64,000 nucleotides of DNA. It comes from Caecitellus pseudoparvulus (Eukaryota; Protista; Bigyra: Bicosoecida). The notes under the pieces are model-generated. The model worked only from the letters and a program-made list of their open reading frames with translations. It was not told the origin of the DNA and searched no databases. The stretch lies in the NCBI GenBank assembly GCA_965644315.1, contig CBFFRQ010000056.1:434001-498000 (forward strand), in the 5' to 3' direction. The first letter of the stretch is position 1, and every line of letters starts with the position of its first letter. The position numbers and the translations under genes were made by a program. Positions 21,606-30,374 of this stretch are shown here, one piece after another.

Positions 21606-24600
21606 ATGTCGCATGGAGGGCATCGCGGCGGGGGGAAGCACTTCCCCCTCAAGAAGGCCGTGAAGGGTGTGTCCGCGGGTGCCCCAGCGTTTCGCCGGTG
21701 CAGAGCGTGAAACCCCACCACTGCCCTCCGCCCCGCTCGCAGAAAGCGCGCCCCTGAGCAAGCTGGCGCACATCCAGTTTGGCATGTTCACGTGGCACGA
21801 GATGGCGCGTGCGGCAGAGGTGAACGTGTCGCACCAGGGCCTGTACAACCTGGTGTCCCGCGTGCCCGTCGCGCACGGCGTGCTGGACGGGCGTCTCGGC
21901 GTCAGCGACAAGTCCAGCATGTGCGCGACGTGCGGCGCCGTGGCGGCGGACTGCCCCGGGCACTGGGGCGTCATCGACCTGCACTTGCCCGTCTTCAACG
22001 TCGGCTTCTTCAAGGAGATCATCGGCGTCGCGCAGAGCGTGTGCAAGGTGTGCGCCCGAGTGCTGCTCAAACCCAAAGACCGCAAGCGCTTCCTGCACCG
22101 CATGCGCAGCCTGCGCCTGGGCTCCCTGGAGCGCACCCGCACCCGCACAGCCATCGTGGACGCCTGCAAAAAGGTCAAGCTGTGCCCCTGGTGTGGCGCC
22201 CACAACGGCACCGTGAAGCGTCTGCCTGCAGCACCCACCATGCACATCGTGCACGACAAGTACAAAGACAAGGGGCGCTCCAAGGCGGCGCTGGACGACC
22301 TGCACGAGCGCATGGCGGTGGCGGCGGCAGAGGTGTCGGACGTCGCGGAGCACCAGGGCAAGGCGACGGAGGACCTGACGCCCTTGGTCCTGTACAAGCT
22401 CTTCAGTGCCATCCCCGACGGGGACCTGGACCTGCTGTACATGGCGCAGGCGGGGCGCCCCGAGAGCATGATCCTGCACAAGGTCATGGTGCCGCCCGTG
22501 TGCATCCGGCCCTCTGTGTCCACCGACGGCGGCGGCGCCACGAACGAGGACGACCTGACGGTGAAGCTGCGAGAGGTCATCGAGGTGAACAACGCCATCG
22601 CCCTGGCCATGGAGCAGGGCACCACCACCTCCCGCCTCATGACGGGCTGGGACATCCTGCAGAACCTGGTGGCGGAGTACATCTCGGGGGACGCGCCGGG
22701 GGCATCCCCCCCCGGGCAGGTCAAGAAGCCCATCCGCGCCCTGGCCAACCGGCTGAAGGGCAAGCAGGGGCGTTTCCGAGGCAACCTCAGCGGCAAGCGC
22801 GTGAACTTCTCCGGGCGCACGGTGATCTCCCCCGACCCGCTGCTACCCATCTACGAGGTGGGCGTGCCGGAGCTGGTGGCGCAGGTGCTGACCTTCCCCA
22901 CCCTGGTCACGGAGAGCAACTTGCACCGCATGCGGCAACTAGTGCTGAATGGGCCCACCTACCCCGGCGCCAACAAGGTCCGCAAGGCCAATGGCATGGT
23001 GCGGTCCCTGCTGTTCGGCGACCGCAGCGCCGTGGCGGCGGAGTTGCAAGTTGGCGACGAGGTGCAGCGACACATGCAGAACGGCGACTTCGTCCTGTTC
23101 AACCGCCAGCCCTCCCTGCACAAACTGTCCATCATGGCGCACCAGGCGCACATTTTCCCCCACCGCACCTTCCGCTTCAACGAGTGCGTCTGCGCGCCGT
23201 ACAATGCGGATTTTGACGGGGACGAGATGAACCTGCACCTGCCCCAGACGCTGGAGGCGCAGGCAGAGGCGGCGCAGCTGATGGAGGTGCGGCACAACGT
23301 CGTCACGCCGCGCTCAGGCGAGCCCCTCGTCGCCGCCAACCAGGACTTCATCTCCGCGGGCTACCTCATCACGCAGCGGAACCTGTTCTTCGACAGGGAC
23401 ACCTTCATGCAGATCGTCGCGTCGCTGTCCGACTCCGTGGAGCGCGTGGAGGTGCCGCCGCCCGCCATCCTCAAGCCCACGCCCCTGTGGACGGGCAAGC
23501 AAGTCACCACCATGCTGCTGCGCCCCAACGCAGCAGAGGCCCTCACGCCCACCCTGGAAGTGAAGGCGTGTGGGTACGCCGGCAAGAAGGCCGACGGCAG
23601 TCAGTGGGGCATCATGTGCCCTGAGGACGGCTACGTCGTGGTGCGCCACGGCGAACACCTAGCCGGAACACTGGACAAGAAGTCCCTCGGCGGCTCCAAG
23701 AACGGCCTCATCTACATCCTGTACAACGACTTTTCCCGCGACGCCGCGGCGCGGTTCATGAAACGCATGACACGCATGCTGGTGCGTTGGCTGTCGAACT
23801 GGGGCTTCTCCATCGGCATCCAGGACGTGCTGGCGTCGCAGCACGTGCTGCGGGAGACCACCTCGCTCATCCAGGGCGCCTACGTGGAGAGTGACGAACT
23901 CATCGCGCAGTACCGGCAGGGCACGCTGCCGCTGCAACCCGGCTGTGACCTGCTGCAGTCCCTGGAGGCCAGCATGAACGGCCTGCTGGGGCGGGTGCGC
24001 GACAAGGCGGGGCAGATGTGCATGGCAGAGCTGCCCTTCCACAACACGCCCCGCGCTATGGCGGACTGCGGCTCCAAGGGTGGCTCTGTGAACATCTGCC
24101 AGATGATGGCGTGCCTGGGGCAGCAGAACGTGTCGGGGGGGCGCATTCCGGAGGGCTTCGTGAACCGCACCCTACCCATCTACGAGCCAGGGTCCAAGGA
24201 CCCCCCCGCCAAGGGCTTCGTCATGGCCTCCTTCACCACCGGCCTGAACGCCGCTGAGTTCTTCTTCCACACCATGGGCGGACGAGAGGGGCTGGTGGAC
24301 ACCGCCGTGAAAACCGCCAACACCGGCTACATGCAGCGCAAGCTGGTCAAGGCGCTGGAGGACCTGTCTGTGCGGTACGACGGCACGGTGCGCACCAGCA
24401 CAGGGCAGGTGGTGCAGTTCGTGTACGGCGACGACAACCTGAACCCCGCCCACATGGCCCGCGACGGGTCCCCCGCGGACTGGGACCGCCTCATGGCGGC
24501 TGCCGTCGCTGACATCCGCTGCCAGGGGGGCGGGCACGCCGGTGTGCCGTTGACCGGGGACCAGCTGCGCACCATGGCGCAGCGCCTGCCACGGCACCCC

Positions 24601-26520
24601 GCCCTGGCCAAGCTGCTGCCTGTGGCGGCAGGGGATGCGGCGCCGACGGCGGCGGGGGTGCCCCAGCCCCGGAGCAAGTTCCTGGAACTTGCTTCGGGCT
24701 GGCTCCTCCGCCTGGCGGAGGCCGCCGACGCCCAGGTGGCGCGGGTCACCGCCACAGCGGGGGGGCGGCCGGATGTCGTGGAAGCACTGCTGGACAGCAC
24801 CGCCCACGTGACCTTCCGCACCGTGAACAAAGTGCTGTCCACGGCCCTGCGCAAGTTCCGCGACGCGCTCATCGAGCCGGGGGAGGGCGTCGGCGCCGTG
24901 GCGGCGTCCTCCCTGGGCGAGCCCGCCACCCAGATGACGCTGAAAACCTTCCACTTCGCGGGTGTCGCCAGCATGAACGTGACACTGGGCGTGCCGCGCC
25001 TGCTGGAGATCATGAACGCCAGCAAGGTCATCTCCACGCCCATCATCGAGGCGCCCCTCGTCTCGGACAACTCCGAGGTGGCTGCGCGCATGGTCAAGGC
25101 ACGGCTGGAAAAGACCACCCTGGGCGAGATCGCGTCCAGCATCGCTGAGGTGTACTCGCCCTCGGGCGCCTTCGTGCGGGTGGAGCTGGACCTCACCACC
25201 ATCCACCGCCTGCGCATGGCCATCGACTCCTCCACCGTCGCGGCAGCTATCATGGCCCACAAACCCCTCAAACTCAAGGACGTGCATGTGTCCGTGCAGG
25301 GCCCCGAGCTGCTACTGGTGCGCCCCCCCACAGAGGGGTACAAGTTGAAAGGCGCCCAGTTCAAGGCGGCTGCCGACGCCATGGACACCCGGGCGGCGGT
25401 GTACTTCGCCCTGCAGCGGCTGAAGCGGGACCTGCCGCGAGTTATCATCGCAGGCATCCCCACCGTCGTGCGAGCCGTCATCTCACGGGGGGAGGTGGAG
25501 GGCGACCCTGACTACAAGCTGGCCGTGGAGGGCACAGGGTTGCTGGAGGTGATGGGCACGCCCGGCATCCGCGGCACCGCCACCAAGTCCAACCACGTCG
25601 TGGAGGTGCAGGGCGTGCTGGGCATCGAGGCGGCCCGCACGCTGATCATGGACGAGATGAACAAGACGTACAGCAACTACGGCATCGAGATCGACCGCCG
25701 GCACCTCATGCTGCTGGCAGACGTCATGACGTACCGCGGGGAGGTGCTGTCTGTGAACCGCTTCGGCATCTCCAAGATGAAGGACTCTGTCCTCATGCTG
25801 GCGTCCTTCGAGCAGACCAACGACCACTTGTTCCACGCCGCGGCGCACTCCAAGGTGGACTCCGTCGAGGGCGTGTCCGAGTGCATCATTACGGGGCAGC
25901 CCATGAGCATCGGCACAGGCTGCTTCGACCTGCTGCAGGAGACGCCCGATGCCGCCGCGCCCCCCGCAGAGGCCCTGCCCTCCGCATCCGTGGCAGGGGC
26001 CCCCTCCATGCTGGCGCAGGGGGGGGGTCCTCCCCACACAGGCGCTGCCAGTGGCGCTGCCAGTGGCGCGGCGGGTGCTGGTGGGCCGGTGTCGTCATCC
26101 CCCCTCGCACAGTTCATGCAGCCCCCCCCCGGGGCCAGGGCCACGGGGGGCCAAGGGCGCTCCACGGACCCGGCCCCCTCCGTGGCCTTTGCAGAGGGGT
26201 GCAAGGGCGCTCCGGAGGAGGAGTGGGTGCAGGGGGGTGCCGCCTTCCGCCCACCGCCGCCCCTGCTGACACAGCTGTCAGGCGGCGCAGGCAGCCTGCC
26301 CCCCCCCCTGTGGGAGGTGCCGCCCCCCCTCACGCTGCAGGCGCCCGGTGGCGGCGGCAGGGCGCACCACCCCCGCAGTGCCTCAGACGCCTCCTCAGTC
26401 ACCAGCCGCCGCAGCCGGCAGAGCAGTACATCCAGCTTTTCACCCCTGCCCCAACAAGCTGCCCGGCAAGCATCCACAGGCAAGGAGGGCAGGCGCAAGC
26501 GCACCCGCAAGGCGCGGTGA
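21606..26520 (+). CDS. RPC1: RNA polymerase III largest subunit
   Basis: Catalytic NADFDGDEMN and the RPC1-type TQMTLKTFHFAGVASMNVTLGVPR...IMNASKVISTPII and KDSVLMLASFEQTNDHLF; no YSPTSPS heptads. The first exon 21606-21666 (MSHGGHRGGGKHFPLKKAVK) is joined by intron 21667-21742. Confidence 0.95.
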
Positions 26521-26686
26521 AGCATGGCGGACCACACACGCCGCCTCGCCCACAATACAACGCACGATCAGTGATTTCTACGTGTTTTCCCTGCATTGCG
26601 CTGGCCGCACGTGTGCGAGCACGCCTCTACTTCGCGGCCCAGGAGCGGTGGCACAAGTGCTTGAGGGGCCTCAAAATCCGCACGTC

Positions 26687-28183
26687 ATGGCAGCTGCTGC
26701 GCCAGCCGCCAGCGCTGGCACCCAGTACAAATTCATGCCGCTAGGGGCTGGACAGGAGATCGGACGGTCCTGCTTACTGCTGCAGATGGCAGGCCTGAAC
26801 ATCATGTTCGACTGTGGCGTGCACATGGCGCAGACTGGACCAGAGCGCTTTCCCGACTGGTCCCGCATCGCAGCCTTTGCCGGGGCAAGCACCGGCGACG
26901 AGCCAGTGCAGCCGTCAGAAGCTGTGCGCTGCCTAGATGCTGTGCTGGTGTCCCACTGCCACCTGGACCACGTCGCAGCGCTGCCTGTGCTCACGGAGCA
27001 GCTGGGGTACACGGGGCCGGTGGTGATGACACCCCCCACAGCGGCACTTGCACCCCACTTGGTGGTGGACTACCACAGCATGGTGCGCGGCAAGCGCCGT
27101 CGAGCAGGCAGTGGGACCCCCGCGTCACCCCCCGGCTCCCTCTCGGCCGAGGCGGTGAAGGCCTGCTTCGCCAAGGCCCAGCATGTGCGTGTGGGCGAGC
27201 CGCTCAACCTGCACTTCCCGGCGACTGACAGCCGCCCAGCTCGGGACTTGACCGTGACGGCCTTCCACGCGGGGCATGTGCTTGGGGCAGTCATGCTGCT
27301 GGCGCAGTGTGCTGGGCACTCGGCGCTGTACACGGGGGACTTCAACTGCACACCGGAATGGCACCTGCCCGCGCTGGCCCTGCCCGCTGACCTGGCCCCG
27401 GACATCATGATCTCAGAGAGCACCCTGGGTGTCACATCCAGACACGCGACGGGAAAACAAGACACAGACATGCTGCAAGTGGTCCGCGCCTCCCTGGCCC
27501 GGGGGGGGCGCGTGCTCGTCCCCGTGCACGCAGTGGGGCGCGCGCAGGAAATCTTGCTGCAGGTCGCAGCGGACTTGCGGGAGGCCACGGCGCCCCCCGC
27601 CTCCCTCCTCCTCGTGCAGGGCCTGGCTGTGACAGCTCTTGAACAGTACGCAGCTTTCGCAGACTGGTGCAGTCCTGAGGTGCGCTCGCTGCTGCCGGCA
27701 GGGGCGAAGGAGTGGACCAGCCTGGCAACCATCGTGTCGCTGCAGGAGGCGCTGGAAGCTCCTGGCCCCAGCGTCATCTTTGCTGGACCGGGGAGCCTTG
27801 GAGGGGGGGCCTCCCAGGCACTCCTGCGCAGCATCCTGCCAGACCCCGCGTCCCTCGTGGTGCTGCCATCGTTCTGCATGCCAGGCACAGTGGGGCAGCG
27901 GCTCTCCGCAGGCCAGCGCCGGATCACCCTCGCAGGCAAGGCAGAAACAGTGCAGTGCGCCGTGCACAGCATGTCATACTCTGCACATGTGGATGGGGCT
28001 GGCATACTGCACACCATTCAGGCGGCGGCGCCTCGTGCTGTGCTGCTGGTGCACGGCGAGCCCGGGAAAATGGCTGTTCTGCACACCATTCTGGCGAAAC
28101 ACATGAACATCCCATCGGCCATGCCGGAAAATTTTGAAGTGCTGGACCTTGCATTCGATCCCAAGCCACAGAAATGCAAGTAG
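26687..28183 (+). CDS. INTS11: Integrator subunit 11 / CPSF73-II-like metallo-beta-lactamase beta-CASP nuclease
   Basis: PLGAGQEIGRSC...DCGVHM...RFPDWSRI (INTS11-type), SHCHLDH, AGHVLGA, YTGDFN, SYSAHVD and LVHGE. Confidence 0.85.
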   Translation: MAAAAPAASAGTQYKFMPLGAGQEIGRSCLLLQMAGLNIMFDCGVHMAQTGPERFPDWSRIAAFAGASTGDEPVQPSEAVRCLDAVLVSHCHLDHVAALPVLTEQLGYTGPVVMTPPTAALAPHLVVDYHSMVRGKRRRAGSGTPASPPGSLSAEAVKACFAKAQHVRVGEPLNLHFPATDSRPARDLTVTAFHAGHVLGAVMLLAQCAGHSALYTGDFNCTPEWHLPALALPADLAPDIMISESTLGVTSRHATGKQDTDMLQVVRASLARGGRVLVPVHAVGRAQEILLQVAADLREATAPPASLLLVQGLAVTALEQYAAFADWCSPEVRSLLPAGAKEWTSLATIVSLQEALEAPGPSVIFAGPGSLGGGASQALLRSILPDPASLVVLPSFCMPGTVGQRLSAGQRRITLAGKAETVQCAVHSMSYSAHVDGAGILHTIQAAAPRAVLLVHGEPGKMAVLHTILAKHMNIPSAMPENFEVLDLAFDPKPQKCK

Positions 28184-28261
28184 CTGCTCTTCCATCTGCG
28201 CACAGTGCCTTGCGTGCTCGCCCACTGCGTTGGTTCAGCAAACAAGCCACTAGCTTGAGCG

Positions 28262-28267
28262 TATATA
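28262..28267 (+). promoter_or_regulatory. TATA-like element upstream of the 5S rRNA gene
   Basis: TATATA lies about 28 nt upstream of the predicted 5S start, in otherwise GC-rich DNA. Confidence 0.55.
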
Positions 28268-28289
28268 CTGTGCTGGCACCTCCCTTTTC

Positions 28290-28409
28290 AGCAGCGGTCA
28301 CATCGCCCAGGATATGCCCGGATCCATTCCGCACCCGGAAGCCAAGCTGGGCCGAGCTCGGTTAGTACTGTGGTAGGGGACTACACGGGAATCCCGAGTA
28401 CTGCTGATT
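28290..28409 (+). rRNA. 5S rRNA (single dispersed copy)
   Basis: A 120-nt sequence colinear with eukaryotic 5S: AGCAGCGGTCACATCGCCCAG...GATCCATTCCGCACCCGGAAGCCAAGC (box A)...GGTTAGTACT...GGGGACTACACGGGAATCCCGAGTACTGCTGAT. The 5' and 3' ends pair to form helix I. Confidence 0.92.
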
Positions 28410-28410
28410 C

Positions 28411-28415
28411 TTTTT
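28411..28415 (+). terminator. Pol III oligo-T terminator of the 5S gene
   Basis: TTTTT immediately after the 5S 3' end. Confidence 0.8.
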
Positions 28416-29023
28416 CGCCCCTCGTTTTTCCGCATGCGGGTACTCGCAGCAATCGCTGCAGAATGTCGTGATGCAGAGCAGACATCACCGTGCAGCAATG
28501 ACAGAGTGCTGCCACATCCAACTCTTCATACGTTTCCTTCCGAACCCCCAACTTTCCTTTGCACTTCTTCTTCACGAAGCCACGCACAGTGAGTACACAG
28601 AGCACCGCACGCTGCTTTGCGTCGGCAACTCGACGCCGCGGCCTTGTGGCCTTCGGCCTTGTGCCTGCACCGCGGGAGTGCCTGCAGCGCATCTAGCTAT
28701 GCCTCGCAAAGCATGACATCATATTGCCTCATAATCGTTGTTCTTTGCCCTGTTTAGTGCGCCTGCCGCGTGTGTGGGTGCTCGGGGCGCAGTTGATGCG
28801 CGCTGGGATGGCCACATCAACCACCACGCCAACGTGCCCGAGGCTGCCACAGCGCCTTGGCGCCGCGGCAAGCCCACTATGTGCATACAAACCGAGTTTG
28901 CGTCCAACTTTCATTCAGTTGCTTTTGCCCTACGCGCCCTGTGCTCCCTGTGCGCCGCGTAGTACGGCACATCACTCACGCTCACCACTTCCCGCTCCTC
29001 CGCAGATCACCACCGCATCAGCC

Positions 29024-30163
29024 ATGGCCATGTCCCAATCCACCATCGACATCGTCAAGAAGACGGCCCCTGCCGTGGCCCCCCACGCCAAGACCATCGT
29101 GACGAACTTCTACAAGAAGATGCTGGGCAGCCACCCTGAGCTGTTCCAGTTCTTCAACAAGTCTCACCAGAGCTCCGGCCGCCAGGCATCTGCCCTCACC
29201 GACGCCGTCCTGGCGTACGCCACCAACATCGACAACCTGGGCGTGCTGGGGCCTGCCGTCGGCATCATGGCCACCAAGCACTGCGCCCTGCAGGTGCAGC
29301 CCGAGCACTACCAGATCGTGCACGACAACCTCATGGCCAGCATCGCCGAGGTGCTGGGACCCGACGTCGCCACCGCAGAGGTCGCCGGCGGCTGGAGCGA
29401 AGCCGTCATGTTCCTCGCCCAAATCCTCATCGACGCCGAAGCGGAGCTGTACACGGCAGCTGCTGAACGCCAAGGCGGGTGGCGCGGGTGGCGCGATTTC
29501 GTCCTTGACTCCAAGACGGAGCACGGCAAGGACATCGCCACCTTCACCTTCAAGGCTGCCGACGGCTACACCGGCGGCTTCGACTTCACCCCCGGCCAGT
29601 ACATGTCCCTGAACCTGCACATGAAGGATGCCGAGGGCGACGCCATCTCCCCCCGCCACTACACCATCACCTCTTCCCCCGGTGACTCCACGCTCTCCTG
29701 CACAGTGAAGCGCATCCCCGGCGGCGTCGTCTCCAACGCACTGCACGACATGCCCCTCGGCACGACTGTGGGTATGTCTCCTCCCTTTGGCGTGTTCACC
29801 GCCCCCGAAGCCGCTGAGAAGACAGTGCTGCTCAGCGCTGGCGTCGGCGTCACGCCCATGTATGCCTTCCAGAAGCAGCTGGGGGACAAGGTCACCCACG
29901 CCGTGCACGTGGACAACAAGGCTGAGGACAACCCCTTCCACCAGTACTTCTCCGACTCCTGCCCCTCCTACTCCGTTGTGGAGACCGGGGACGGCATGGC
30001 AGACATCCCGGCAGTTGTGGCTGCCATGGCGGAGGCCACCCCGCTGCAGGGCGCAGACGTCCTGCTCTGCGGACCTGCCGACTTCATGCACGTCGCAAAC
30101 GAGGAGTTGACCAAGGCTGGCGCCAAGGTGTCCTACGAGAACTTCGGACCCCGCTCAAAGTGA
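29024..30163 (+). CDS. hmp: Flavohemoglobin (NO dioxygenase)
   Basis: Globin with Tyr-B10 (NFYKKM), Gln-E7 (GRQASAL) and His-F8 (KHCAL); FAD-binding FTPGQY...RHYTITS; NAD-binding SAGVGVTPM and LCGP; C-terminal YENFGP. The CDS is intronless with strongly C-ending codons. Confidence 0.95.
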   Translation: MAMSQSTIDIVKKTAPAVAPHAKTIVTNFYKKMLGSHPELFQFFNKSHQSSGRQASALTDAVLAYATNIDNLGVLGPAVGIMATKHCALQVQPEHYQIVHDNLMASIAEVLGPDVATAEVAGGWSEAVMFLAQILIDAEAELYTAAAERQGGWRGWRDFVLDSKTEHGKDIATFTFKAADGYTGGFDFTPGQYMSLNLHMKDAEGDAISPRHYTITSSPGDSTLSCTVKRIPGGVVSNALHDMPLGTTVGMSPPFGVFTAPEAAEKTVLLSAGVGVTPMYAFQKQLGDKVTHAVHVDNKAEDNPFHQYFSDSCPSYSVVETGDGMADIPAVVAAMAEATPLQGADVLLCGPADFMHVANEELTKAGAKVSYENFGPRSK

Positions 30164-30374
30164 GCGCTCGTCGTTGCGTTGGCTGGCTAGGCCAGCTCTG
30201 CAGCCGGCGGGGGGGGGCTGCAGTCGCTGCGCGCGTGCTGTAAATTCCACCAATTCATGGGTGTTACAACACTTCCCCGTTTTCGTGCACCTTGTGTGCT
30301 CTCCGATTCTGCGTCGTTCGGTCCAGCCACGCGGCGCCGCTCCGCGCTCACGTCGCCGCGACCACGGGAAAGAC

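Noticed and set aside
21606-26520. Giant-virus or Pol II assignment for the polymerase gene
   Set aside because: It has RPC1-specific motifs, a host-type intron and no heptad CTD, and no viral hallmark genes lie nearby.
21006-26555. Long minus-strand ORFs opposite RPC1, and similar shadows opposite flavohemoglobin, APC2, SCFD2 and the coiled-coil gene
   Set aside because: These are the expected antisense open frames from GC3-biased codons.
28381-28692. 103-aa minus ORF with vague CENP-W/histone-fold resemblance (RGFVKKK...)
   Set aside because: It overlaps the 5S gene and the similarity is too short to support.
28590-28740. U6-like snRNA linked to 5S (TAGCTATGCCTCGCAAAGCATGAC hairpin, upstream ACAGAG)
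   Set aside because: ACAGAG is about 90 nt from the AGC triad instead of about 10, and the loop and bulge do not fit. Infernal would settle it.
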